Shown here in pieces: positions 11,701 to 23,689 of a DNA stretch of 64,000 nucleotides. Under the pieces are notes generated by a model. That model was given only the letters and a program-made list of their open reading frames with translations, was not told the DNA's origin and did no database searches. This stretch comes from Mustelus asterias (Eukaryota), in assembly GCF_964213995.1 (NCBI RefSeq), contig NC_135809.1, positions 134,106,001 to 134,170,000 on the forward strand, read 5' to 3'. Each line of letters opens with the position of its first letter. Position 1 is the stretch's first letter. Position numbers and translations under genes: made by a program.

Positions 11701-12419
11701 TGTGATAATATATTAAGATTTAGGCAATTTGCATTGGCTCTAAGAGTGAGGCGAATGCATTTCTTCCTTTGTGTTTGTTGCCTGAAGGATCTAACTTCTA
11801 TCATTTGATTAAGGAGCTGATAAGGAATTGTAGATGATGAGTAATTTATTTTTGCTCAGTCCTCTATTGATTGGTGATTAAGTGAGAACCCAGGAGTGCT
11901 ACCTTCCAGTAAAAACATAAATATAATATTGGTGGGACTTTGTAAATCTCACAGCAAGCACTCGTGAAAGGATACCATTGGTGTAAAGATCACAAAAACA
12001 CAGAATGATAAATGCTTATATTTTTACCCCATTATCCCAGTCACTGGCAGATTTACATGACTCGCGCTGTTGGCCAAATATATACTGCTTTGTGTGTCTC
12101 GTTAATCAGCCAAACTAAAAAAAAAACGACACGGCAATTGAGGATATTCCTGAGAAAATAGCCTTGGTCATGCCTCTGTCATGACTTTCCCTCTGCCTTG
12201 GTCGATGACACTCATTGGGCTTAATTGAATGGCTGGCCAGAAAACTGGACATAGCCCCAATGTGGCCATTTTCAATAGTTCTGATGAGCTCAAACGTGAT
12301 ATCAGGAAGCTGACTGTCTGCTGTCAGGGCTCCTGTACCTTTAAGGCTGAAGATCCCACGATACGTTGCATCGTATCAAAGAAGATGACCCTTCTGCTAT
12401 TGACAGCAGGTAAGTTACA

Positions 12420-12520
12420 GCTCTGTCAAAGGGTCATCCAGACTTGAAACGTTGCTTCTATTTTCCCTCCACAGATGCTGTCAGACCTGTTGAGTTTTTC
12501 TAGCATTTTCTGTTTCAGAC
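12420..12520 (+). mobile_element. Decayed short hammerhead-bearing repeat
   Basis: ctgtcaaagggtcatccagacttgaaacgtt..acagatgctgtcagacctg. Confidence 0.6.
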
Positions 12521-12682
12521 ACAAGGCACAGTCCATATGCAACTCGCCCATGCTTGCAAAACACATGCGTCTAACACTAGATGTGATTCTGCGATTGGAC
12601 AACTTTTGTTAAATAATCCTCAGTGTGTCAAGAACGCTGACAGTTAAGATTGTCAGTTGGGTTCGCAGTGTGGGACATTAAA

Positions 12683-13325
12683 CTTTTAGTTTATTTATTA
12701 TTGTCACAAGTAGGTTTACATTAACACTGCAATGAAGCTACTGTGAAAATCCCCTAGTCGCCACACTCCGGCGCCTGTTCGGGTACACTGAGGGAGAATT
12801 TAGCACGGCCAATGCACCCTAACCAGCACATCTTTCAGACTGTGGGAGGAAACCAGAGCACACGGAGGAAACCCACGCAGACATGGGTCGACAAAGTGGC
12901 ACGGTGGTTGGAACTGCTGCCTCACAGCGCCAGGGACCCGAGCTCAATTCCGGCCTCGGGTCACTGTCTGTGTGGAGCTTGCACATTCGCCCTGTGTCTG
13001 TGTGGGTTTCCTCCGGGTGCTCCGGTTTCCTCCCACAGTCCAGTGATATGTGGGTTAGGTTGATTGACCATGGTAAATTGACACCAGTGTGAGAGGGATT
13101 AGCAGAGTAAATATGTGGGGTTACAGGAATAGGGCCTGGGTGGGATTGTGGTCGATGCAGACTTGATGGGCCAAATTACCTCCTTCTGCACTGTAGGGAT
13201 TCTATGATTCTATGATTCAGACATGGGGAGACCGTACGGACTTCACACAGACACTCACCCAAGCTGGGAATTGAACTTGAATCCCTGGCACTGTGAGGCA
13301 GCAGTGCTAACCACTGTGCCACTGT
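12683..13325 (-). mobile_element. HE1/V-type SINE with tail b, split by a nested SINE
   Basis: Tail and core at 12683-12887, head at 13218-13325. Confidence 0.88.
12888..13217 (+). mobile_element. HE1 SINE with CR1-derived tail a, nested
   Basis: A/B boxes, V core and (attctatg)n tail. TSD cagacatggg at 12878-12887 and 13218-13227. Confidence 0.9.
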
Positions 13326-13864
13326 ACCACCACATTTGTGTGTACTGGAAGCTACACATATTAATACATTGTTCGCTGCAGACGGAAAGAACATGCAGAC
13401 ACTTTGGTGTAACTATGTGCTGTGTGCTGGAAGGTCAGTATTTCCCTCATAATATTCTTCAATTTCTGGAGAAGAGCTGCCCCAACCAAGATGGCCGAAG
13501 CAAGTCACAAGGTAGGCTGATGAGGAATCGGTGCAATGAGGATCTGCTGTGCAGCCTTGTCAGACTATATGAACAGAGCACTGAGCCCTACTAGGAGAGA
13601 ACTCCACCCCACCTAACGTAATCCCCAGCCCCTGCCAACAACACACCACATTGTGTCTGTTTCAGCTAAACAAAATAAATGATAGCCTTTCGCTGGTTCA
13701 TTCCGCGGGGCAATGTCTTGACCAATCAAAGTCATGCCGCACTGTTTAAATTTCAATGCTTGGCAGTTAACTGCCAGTTAGTATCAACTGGTACATTCCC
13801 CATGACAACACCTCAACCAATCCAAGTCCACTTGCCAATCAATCAGCATTCTGAATTTCTGTAA

Positions 13865-14345
13865 ATGCTTTCTCCTCAGGTCCCTATCCAATTTTGTTTG
13901 GAAAACCAGAGTTGAATCTGCCTCCATCACATTCTCAGGCAGTGCATTCCAAATCTTCGCCACTCAATGGGTAACAAACTTCTTTGTCATTCGTTTTTAT
14001 CCACTGCTTTTTGAATTTTCCGGCAATGGGAATGGCTTCTCTTTATCTGCTCTGTCCAAATCCCTAAAAATTTTGAACACCTCTATTTTCTTTTCCTGGA
14101 GTTAGTCGGGCAGCAGGCTTGGATGGCTGAAGGGCTTGTTCCTGTGCTGTAATTTTCTTTGTTCTTTGTTCTATTTAATCGGTTCTCAACCTTCTCTTTC
14201 CTAAGGAGAGCAGCTCCAGCTTCTCCAATTTATCCACGTAACTGAAATCTTGCATCTTTGGAACCATCTTGTATATCTTCCCTGCACTTGAAAGTCTTGA
14301 TGTGGTGAATTGGACACAGTTCAGGCTGAACCTGTAAAGGTTTTT
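13865..14345 (-). mobile_element. Old CR1 3' fragment with an inserted opposite-strand CR1 tail (~14100-14175)
   Basis: FSYVDKLEKLELLSLGKRRLRTD and a (ttctttg)n tail. Confidence 0.7.
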
Positions 14346-14556
14346 ATAAATGTTCATCCTAGTGTCCTTGTTTTTGTGCTCAGTGTCTTCACTTGTCCAT
14401 GTTTGGGATTTGGGTCGGAATGAGATGTGAAGCTGAATGGCCCCTGGCGGAACCCAAACTGAAGATCAGTGAAGAGGTCATTGACAAGTAAATCTTGCTT
14501 TAATATCATTGTCAGTGCACCTCTCAGCTAAGCAAAATAACTGCTAGCTATTTCAT

Positions 14557-14720
14557 TTGGCGGAAGGTAATGAATGTGTGAATTAGGTTTGTGCACTAAA
14601 TTGATCGTTCATGGAGATCTTGAGAAAGCAGAACACCCGATCTTATTGGAAATAAATTTGACTCTTTTTCTCATTAGTACTTTCAGTTTAAGCACAAATC
14701 ATTGCATGGACTGAATCCAT
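14557..14720 (+). repeat. Local duplicate of 16401-16579 (copy 1, continues at 15030-15044)
   Basis: Direct visual alignment with few substitutions and small indels. Confidence 0.92.
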
Positions 14721-15029
14721 CAGAGACTATTTCCTCGGGTGGATGTGGCTGTGACTAGGGGGCATGACTATAAGGTTCGTGGTGGAAGATATAGGAGGGA
14801 TGTCTGAGATAGGTTCTTTACTCAGAGAGTGGTTGGGGTGTGGAATGGACTGCCTGCTGTGATAGTGGAGTCGGACACTTTAGGAACTTTCAAGCGGTTA
14901 TTGGATAGGCACATGGAGCACACTAGAATGATGGAGTGTGATAGCTTGATCTTGGTTTCGGAAAAGGTCCGGCACAACATCGTGGGCCGAAGGGCCTGTA
15001 CTGTGCTGTACTGTTCTATGTTCTATGTT
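14721..15029 (+). mobile_element. CR1 3' end inserted into the duplicated segment
   Basis: TRGHDYKV..FFTQRVVGVWNGLP and a (tgttcta)n tail. The empty site is visible at 16560-16579. Confidence 0.92.
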
Positions 15030-15459
15030 CATTAGTCTAGAAATAGCTGGTTCATTCCACAAAACAATGGCCCATAACTTGCGGGTGGAATGCTGACTTA
15101 AGCTGACTGTGCCCTGCACATGAGCGTCGGGACAACACGGAAGTCCTGGTGCATGGACAGGTGTACTGAAAGAGCGCCAAGCTTGAACCGCTGATCCGGG
15201 TTTGGAAAGCCCCCAGTATTGAAGCGCTGAGCTGCAATCTCACCCTAACTTCAGTCAATTGCCTGATGATTGGTGAGGTTTTGCTCTTGTTTATTTGCAC
15301 ACTTCCTTTCTGCCCGAGCTGTAGCGAGTAGAGGCAGCAGACATTCTTTGAGTGGGTTAATTTATTTTTTGTAAATGTTTTTAAACAGATGTTTAACATG
15401 TACGTAATGAATGCAAAGCACAAAAAAATATTTTATTTCTGATGGTCCATAGCTTTCCA

Positions 15460-15635
15460 AAGCCCAAAGACATGCGGATTAGGTGGATTGGCCATGCTAA
15501 ATCGCCCCTTGGTGTCAGGGGGACTAGCTAGGGTGGATGCATGGGGTTGTGGGGATAGGGCCTGGTTGGGATTGTGGTTGGTGCAGAATCAATGGGCCGA
15601 ATAGCCTCCTTCCGCACTGTAGGGATTCTATGATT
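15460..15635 (+). mobile_element. HE1 SINE 3' half, tail a
   Basis: ggtggattggccatgctaaa..gggattctatgat. Confidence 0.82.
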
Positions 15636-15865
15636 TCCACTGATTGGACATTATGGGCCATTTTAATGCTTTGACCAATCTGAATCAAGCTGCCTGGTTT
15701 AAAACTCAAACAATGCTTGGCAGTTAACTTGTCCTTGCATCAGCAACACTGCGTGGAATCTGCTCACATCTCGTAACCATAAAAGTGGGACAAATGAAAC
15801 TTTTAGCCCAAACTTTTTCACCAAACATGGCTGAATATGGAGCAACTTCTGCCTATCTGAACTGT

Positions 15866-15982
15866 GTTTTGAGAGCGCATTTCCACTCCATCTGATGAAG
15901 GAGCAGCGCTCCGAAAGCTAATGGTATTTGCTGCCAAATAAACCTGTTGGACTTTAACCTGGTGTTGTTAAAACTCTTACTG
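15866..15982 (+). mobile_element. 117 bp Penelope-like pseudo-LTR insertion
   Basis: 12 bp TSD tatctgaactgt at 15854-15865 and 15983-15994. Confidence 0.88.
15888..15924 (+). ncRNA. Minimal type I hammerhead ribozyme motif, intact
   Basis: ccat-CTGATGA-a-ggagc agc gctcc-GAAA-GC-TA-atgg. Stem I is ccat/atgg, stem II is ggagc/gctcc and stem III is palindromic AGCT. Confidence 0.78.
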
Positions 15983-16400
15983 TATCTGAACTGTCGTCAG
16001 ACTGACAATGAAATGGCTTCACGCTGGCAATGCATTTACACTTGAGTAACTTATTACTGTGCTCTCGCCAGTCAGACTAAAGATGCCTCAGAAACATTCA
16101 GCTCTTTGCTTTAGAACTTTCGCTACATAAGCATCCGTGTCACATGTGACTTATTTCAGTTGGAAAAGGGAGTCAAACCCTGAGCATGTTTGTAACATCT
16201 TGGCAGAAATTGCAGAGGTAATTGGTTTCGGAATGCAATTGTTGAAACATGCACGAGGCGATGAGTACTGCCTTTGCTGTGTTTTATTCTGCTTGACTTG
16301 CTGTTTTACACAGTCCCCACAATTAGCTCATTTGTTTGGCTTCTTTTCAAACCATATTTCATGGAGGAAAGATTAATTTTAAAAACAGAAGTTCAACCTC

Positions 16401-16579
16401 TTGGCGGAAGGTAATGAATGTGTGAATTAGGTTTGTGCACTAAATTGATCGTTCGTGGAGATCTTGAGAAAGCAGAACACCCGATCTTATTGGAAATAAA
16501 TTTGACTCCTTTTTCACTCATTAGTACTTTCAGTTTAAGCACCAATCATTGTATGGAGTGAATCCATTAGTTTAGAAAT
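16401..16579 (+). repeat. Local duplicate of 14557-14720 (copy 2, uninterrupted)
   Basis: Direct visual alignment. Confidence 0.92.
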
Positions 16580-17414
16580 TGATCCTGGACAAATCTTTTA
16601 CACTACAAACAGCCTCACTTGGACACGCCAATTCAGATGATGCTGGTGATAACGGTGCTTCAAAGAGGGGAAGCGGGAAATTGAACATGGAGGACCAATT
16701 GGAATAAGGTTAGTGAAGCTGACAAGAGGATTGGTCAAAGTGATTTATGGAGGTCTTTGAAGTTGGAGCAAGGCAGAAGGGTTAAGGAGGAGATATCGAG
16801 CAGCCAGGAATATTACAGGTAAATGATGAATAAACAGATTTATGTCAGGGTGAATGTTTTTATAGTTCAGCAAAACCCCTCAACATGCCCAATCATCATT
16901 TTCCACCAAAGGTTACAATTACAGAAAGTGAGAAACCGAAGTCCTATGTTCCACAGTGACACCATCTCTCCCCAATAACTTTTCATTCCTCTGTCTCTGG
17001 CTTCTTGTACATCTCCGCTTTCTTTCACCCAACCACTGAGACTTTACCTTCAGGAACCGAGGCCACATTCTCTTGGATTCCCTTCCGTTAACCCCTGCCT
17101 GCCCGCCTCCCTCCTTCTCTACCTTTAAGCCATATCCTGGGTGCAATGTTTCTGAAACGGACATGTTGGACATTTTCGTCCTCTGGTTTCCTGAGTTGAC
17201 GCCTGGAACGCTTCCTGAAGGGAAGTCCATCCTCCTGATCATGGCACAGAGCCTCCAAAACAGCATCAGGGAATCCCGGTGCCCGCTCGGTTGTTGCTTC
17301 AATGATAACTTCACTTGGAACTATCTCCTTGGCTTCTTGCAGTCTGAATACAAGGTCCCCTTTATGAAGTGAGGCTTGCCTGAAAGTGGCATCAAAGATG
17401 GTCAATATACATGG

Positions 17415-17585
17415 TTTACCACGGCCAATCCACCTAACCCCCACATCTGGGAGGAAACCAGAGCACCCAGAGGAAACCCACACAGACACGGGGAGAATGT
17501 GCAGACAGTGACTCAAGCCAGGAATTGAACCCAGGTCTCTGGCGCTGTGAGGCAGCAGTGCTAACCACTGTGCCACCGTGCCGCA
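17415..17585 (-). mobile_element. HE1/V-type SINE 5' part
   Basis: Head ggcacggtggcacagtggttagcactgctgcc on the minus strand. Confidence 0.85.
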
Positions 17586-17859
17586 CTGTACTGAGATAAT
17601 AACAATATAAAAGCCCCTAACTTACAATCTCCAGGTCATCATAACTGGGTGGTTCCCCAGAGATACGCTGGGGGAGGGGGGTTTCCTCAAGAATTTCCCA
17701 TGTAAGGATTGTATAGCAATGGCCCGGGAAATCTAAAGTTGCACTGGGACCTATCTGAAATTGCAAATTCGGATGGTTCTGACTGTCTTATCCAGTTAGC
17801 TAGCAAAAGTGAGAAGAATTATAACCACTTCCAATCCCTGGGTCATGATAATATTGATT

Positions 17860-18610
17860 CCCCCCCCACCCCACCCAGCACCAACTCCATGGGAACCCCC
17901 CAAACTGACTCCCCTACCCACCACCTCTGACTGCCTTCACAGCCCTGCCACCCGGATACACGCCCAGACCCTGATTGCCCTCCTCACCTTTTCAACAATG
18001 TCCTCACTCTGACTCCTCTCCCCAACCCCTCCGAATATCCTCCTCACCCCCCTCAACTTACCCTGCTCGCCCGACTGCTCCCCCACCCCGGCTATACCCA
18101 CGTCAACAACTATCCTCACTGACACATCCCCCACTGACCACCTGAACCCCCTAATGGGCAATTGCCACACTGACTCCCACTCACCGACTTCCCAATTCTC
18201 CCCATCGACCAGCCACTACCACCCGTGTTCCCCCCTCCTATCCCTTAACCCGCCCTACAACCCTTCATCCTACCCATGTATCTTATAGATGCACCTTCTC
18301 CCTGGCATCTCAAAGTTGGGGGGACCTTTAAACCGACCGGCTTTATAGCAGCGAGTGATGTGAAAGAGGGAGCGCGTCCTTACCTCAGCTGCACTGGACT
18401 GAAGGTCTCAGGGCCCTGCCGCCATTCAGCCCTAGACACAATGTCGGGCGAGATAAGAGCGGCTGGATTTCAGCGCAAATATGGAGTGAAGGGGCAATCC
18501 GACTGTGATTCCCATTCCACAGAAATCATGGGCGGGATTTCATGACCTCGCCCAACAGAGAATTCCGTTCTGCGAGCCTTGCTCGCCCCGACTCCAGAAT
18601 TGCGGCCCAT
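17860..18610. repeat. C-rich low-complexity tract ending in a MITE-type terminus; probable old non-autonomous DNA element
   Basis: C-rich tract at 17860-18275 and terminus agaattgcggccc at ~18600. Confidence 0.35.
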
Positions 18611-20166
18611 GGCTCCATATATCAGAAAGCTAACCTTGCCGCTTCATCAGCATTGGTGCAATGTTTTGGCAGTCTTCTGATTGTTATTCAATTCAACCAT
18701 GTGCCCAAAGGGCTCCTCACTGTCTGGACATCAATCTTCCTCAGCCGTTTCCTTGGCGGTTTTTGCCAGTGATGGTTTGCCTTTGACTTTCACTCTCAGG
18801 GTAAAGAGGCAGGTCGCACACTGAGGCTTAACCGATTGAAAATAATCAAATTCCAGCAAGTCATATTCAGCTTTCCAATGTAGAAATTGCTTCCTCAGCA
18901 AACAGATGGTTAAGGCAGAGTTACAGAAGGGTGCAATTAATATCTTAGACTGTGTTGATGGTAGTTAGCCTCAGACATGACTAGAGACTTAGCTGTATAT
19001 TAAATATAAAACCAATCACATCCAGCACTTTATGGTTACCTAACTTGATGAAAGTGTGTTATTCGACTGAAGCTTGGTGTAATCTGCATGGATTCATAAC
19101 CCTCTCAACACAGAACAGATTCAAAACACAGCTCTATTTGGTTGAAAACACTTTGTTTGGCAAGATTTTGACAGTTTGTGTTTTGCAGATGGTTTATTTA
19201 TCAGCGCAGAGATCCTTTCAGAAGTTGAATAAAAGTCTTTAATTGATTAAGTGATCTTGTTACGCTCATGAAAAATCAAAGCTGTCACATTTTCTCTGCG
19301 AGAAGCGAAACAGCTTCATTTTAAGGAGAGCCAGATATATTTCCTTGTTTCTCTGAGTGATACTAAGATAAAAATCTGAAGTAAAAAGTTTCAGAATCAA
19401 TTGCAGTTGCAGGAGACATTAATAGTTTGGTTCTTGTGCATGTCATAATCGAGAAAATATCTTGTTAATAATGAATGATTGCTAAATTGGATGCTCTGGA
19501 TTCCATTTTAATCTGAGTCATTATTTTATTCCTGTAATTGTCGGTATTTTGCTATTGTGTTAATGTGAAAGATTTCTTTTGGCACCATAATGGCCTTCAG
19601 AGTTTCCAACACGTTTCTGAAGGTTTTTTGAAGACTTTTGGCTGCATTTTCTGCCTTTGGAGATGGAAAAAGTCTTCAGAGGCAGAAGTCCCTTCACCAA
19701 AACCCCTTTATTTACAATTCCAACAGCAGTGCACAGAGTGCTATCAGTCAGCAGTCTACCTTCGGGAGTGCCAGAGGAACTGACACTCCTGGTTAAATAC
19801 AAGGAAAAGACTCCCTGATTGGCCCATCAATTGACTCCTTAATCAGGGAGTTCATATTCCAACGTCAATGGCCTGATTGAAGTCATTCCAGGAAGCAGGG
19901 AAAGGATTTAATAAAGTGGGATGCGGGATGGTGGGAACGCTGCCACCTCCTGCCTTCACGGCGCTTAGGTCCAAGGTGGGAATGCCCATGGTTGGCTTTC
20001 CTGTCCCACCACCAATTACCCTCAAGGGGCAATTAATGCGCAGTGAAGGGCCTCTTCCTGCTGCAGGTGGTATTCACCCAGGGGCAGGTGGGCCGGTCAC
20101 CACATCGGGTTCATGGCAGGTAAATCTATGCATGTTGCTTGTGATCTCCTGGTCCCTCATTCAAAG

Positions 20167-21171
20167 TAGGAGTTTTAACAACACCAGGTTAAAGTCCAAC
20201 AGGCTTATTTGGTAGCAAATGCCATTAGCTTTCGGAGCGCTGCTCCTTTGTCAGATGGAGTGGAGATCTGCTCACAAACAGGGCACAGAGACACAAAATC
20301 AAGTTACAGAATACTGATTAGAATGCAAATCTTTACAGCCAACCAAGTCTTAAAGATACAGACAATGTGAGTGGAGAGAGCATTTGGCACAGGTTAAAGA
20401 AATGTGTATTGTCTCCAGACAGGACAGCCAGTGAGATTCTGCAGGTCCAGGCAAGCTGTGGGGGTTACCGATAGTGTGACATGAACTCAAGATCCCGGTT
20501 GAGGCCGTCCTCATGTGTGCGGAACTTGGCTCTCAGTTTCTGCTCAGCGACTCGGCGCTGTCATGTGTCATGAAGGCCACCTTGGAGAACGCTTACCCGA
20601 AGATCAGAGGCTGAATGCCCATGACCGCTGAAGTGCTCCCCCACAGGAAGAGAACAGTCTTGCCTGGTGATTATCGAGCGGTGTTCATTCATCCGTTGTC
20701 GTAGCGTCTGCATGGTTTCCCAATGTACCATGCCTCGGGACATCCTTTCCTGCAGCGTATCAGGTAGACAACGTTGGCCGAGTTGCAAGAGTAGGTACCG
20801 TGTACCTGGTAGATGGTGTTCTCACGTGAGATGATGGCATCCGTGTTCTCTTCAGCTCTCTGGCTGTCCTGTCTGGAGATAATACACATTTCTTTAACCT
20901 GTGCCTAATGCTCTCTCCACTCACATTGTCTGTATCTTTAAGACTTGATTAGCTGTAAAGATTCGCATTCTAATCAGTATTCTGTAAATTGAGTTTGTGT
21001 CTGTGTATACCTCATTTGAGAGCAGATCTCCACTCCATCTGACGAAGGAGCAGCGCTCCGAAAGCTAATGGCATTTGCTACTAAATAAACCTGTTGGACT
21101 TTAACCTGGTGTTGTTAAAACTCTTACTGTGTTTACCCCAGTCCAACGCCGGCATCTCCACATCATGACTA
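20167..21171. mobile_element. Penelope-like element: inverted pseudo-LTR and GIY-YIG fragment (minus), then a plus pseudo-LTR with tail
   Basis: VVYLIRCRKGCPEAWYIG on minus. ~265 bp inverted arms at 20167-20430 and 20862-21127. 13 bp TSD ccctcattcaaag at 20154-20166 and 21172-21184. Confidence 0.92.
21035..21071 (+). ncRNA. Minimal type I hammerhead ribozyme motif, intact
   Basis: ccat-CTGACGA-a-ggagcagcgctcc-GAAA-GC-TA-atgg. Confidence 0.78.
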
Positions 21172-21582
21172 CCCTCATTCAAAGACATTCATTGCGTGAT
21201 CGAAGGACCCGACATCTGGAAGTGGTGGTCTCACTGAGAGTCACACCCCTTTGTTGCTGACACCCCTGCCCTCACGATCCTTATCACTGGCCTGGCTCAC
21301 TCTGCAAACCTGGGTCTCCGGTGGGTGCCATTCTGGCAGCAGCCAACAGCTCCCTGGTGGCGCTGATGAGCAAAGGAGCTGCTGGCCTTTGATTGGCTGG
21401 CAGCTCACGGTGGGTGGGACTTCCTGTCTTTGGGGTCCTCATCCCGTGGAAGGCTCGCTGGTGACCACTCAGCTGCCTGACTGGTGTGTAATACTGGTGG
21501 CCTTCCCGGAAGAGTGGATCCCTCGTCAGCTGTTTGGCCGGTGGTCGAGGCTCCCATTGGCTCCAAAAAAACTCCGCCCTTT

Positions 21583-21660
21583 ATTTGATTTGATTTGATT
21601 TATTATTGTCACATATATTAGCATACAATGAAAAGTATTGTTTCTTGTGCACTATACAGG
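21583..21660 (-). mobile_element. Rex1/Babar LINE extreme 3' tail
   Basis: (atttg)n followed by attattgtcacat. Confidence 0.7.
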
Positions 21661-21985
21661 CGGAGGGGGGAAGGGCCAATGATAATGGGTGGGGGTGGTT
21701 GGAGTTGAATGCTGACTTTGATTTGGGGGGGGAGGATGACCCCCCCGAGACCACTGTGGTGGGCTGGGGGGCGGGTTTATTGCTGTTCTCATCAGAGCAT
21801 CCTTTAAAGATGGCGCCATGATCTCTGTGCAGCCGGGGTTTGCTGGCATATTGAGGCCCCGCCCCCTGAATGGCGGCCTGAAACACCCCCTTGATTTTTT
21901 TGACAGATTGTTGTAACATCTGGAGAGCAACACGTCACTTTTCTCGCTGCTTTTCTTTACCATTTTTTGATAAAATTTTGCCCAG
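21660..21985 (-). mobile_element. Non-autonomous DNA-element fragment, same family as 62141-62700
   Basis: Shares ctctccagat..aaaaaaatcaag..ggctgcacagagatcat with that copy. Terminus gggcaaaatttta. Confidence 0.5.
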
Positions 21986-22454
21986 TGTCTTATCTGAAGA
22001 AGAGCATTTTCAACCGTTTAACATTTCCTTCAAACTCTATCAGAGGACATCTTGTGGCATAATGTCCCTGCCTTTGATCCAGAAGCTCTGGGTTCAAGCC
22101 CCATCGCAGGATCTGTTGGATGATGTGTTTATAACATGGAAAAGCAGGTGAAAGATCAACCTGGAAGTTCTCATGGTAGGTGGTAAGAGTGGGAGAAATT
22201 CCTGGTCAGCCATGTGATGGGAAAAATGTTGGAGCCTCTTCCTTCGCTATCCACATCTCCTGGATACAGCATGCACGCAAAAAGCTGCCTCAGATACCGG
22301 GACTCAGTGAATGGATTGTAACATACCATCCACTGCATCGGAAAGTCAGTGTTCAGGTCAGAAGGTCAATGTTACTCTTTGAACTTGTTATTCTGATGTG
22401 GGTGTGCAGCAAGAAGCAAGTGTGGGAAGGCATCGGGGCTGGAAAGGTGAAAGG

Positions 22455-23190
22455 GCAAAGAATAAAGAAAAGTACAGCACAGGAACAAACCCTTTGGACC
22501 TCCAAGCCTGTGCCGATCATGATGCCCTAACGAAAGAAAAACCTTCTGCCCTCACTCAGTCTATATCCCTCTATTCCCTTCCTATTCTTGCCAGGGCGGC
22601 ATGGTAGCAAAGTGGCATCGTGGTTAGTACTGCTGCCTCACAGTGCCAGGGACCTGGGTTCAATTCCCGCTTGGGTCACTGTCTGTGTGGCATTTGCACA
22701 TTCTCCCCGTGTCTGCGTGGGTTTCCTTTGGGTTCTCTGGTTTCCTCCCACAGTCTGAAAGACGTGCTGGTTAAGTGCATTGACTCAAACAGGCACCAGA
22801 GTGTGGCAACTAGGGGAATTTCACAGTAACTTCATTGTAGTGTGAATGTAAACCTTCCTTGTGACTAATAAATAAACTTTTAAAAAAACTTTAAACTTTA
22901 AAACTTTATTCATGTACCCATCCAGATGCCTCTTAGTGTTGCTAATGTGCCTGCTTCCACCACCTCCTTCTCTCAGCGGGTTCCAGGCACCCACCACTCT
23001 TTGCATGAAAAACGTCCCCCGCACATCTCCCTTAAACTGTCCCCCTCTCACCCTGAACCTGTGCTTCCCTGTAATTAACACTTCCACACTTGGAAAAAGC
23101 CTCTGACTATCCACCCTGTCTGTGCCTCTCATAATTTTGTAGACCTCTATCAGGTCTCCCCTCAGCCTCCGTCTTTCCAGTGAAAACAAT
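22455..23190 (-). mobile_element. CR1 3' end split by a SINE
   Basis: LFSLERRRLRGDLIEVYK. The tail lies at 22455-22590. Confidence 0.88.
22594..22905 (+). mobile_element. HE1/V-type SINE, tail b
   Basis: Head and V core, then tail cttgtgactaataaataaacttt. Confidence 0.88.
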
Positions 23191-23689
23191 AAAGAATCGA
23201 TCAATTTGCAAATTGCTGTTGCTTTGTGTATCAGATACAAAGCAAAGTAAACATCCCACTCAAGAAGTACTTTCGCTTTGCCGGTTACAAATGACCAAAC
23301 TGACCTGAAATTTCTCATTGCCTTTACAATAACGGGATCTGTCATTTATTATGTACAGATTCCTCACTGACTAGAACTTCAAAATTATCATTCAGTTGGC
23401 ATGTTCATCATGTTTTATGCATTATTTCAGGCATCTATGCTTTGCTTTTTCATAGATTGATGAAACATCAAAGTTTCCGAAATAGAGGTTAAACCTCAAT
23501 GGTGTGCAAGGCAAAATGAGGGAAAGCTGTTTTACTGCGAGCCTTTCAACAGGATCGGAAAGCATTCAGAGACTCGCAAAACTCAAACACACTCAGAGTC
23601 TATTTTACCCGCCTCATTGATGGCCCACCGATCTCTCGAATTAATGGATCAAAATGAAAACTGACCATAAATTGACCAACTAAAGATTA

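Noticed and set aside
13680-13860. Similarity between 13710-13775 and 15665-15730 as another local doublet
   Set aside because: It looks like a dispersed shark repeat fragment rather than unique DNA, so I did not count it.
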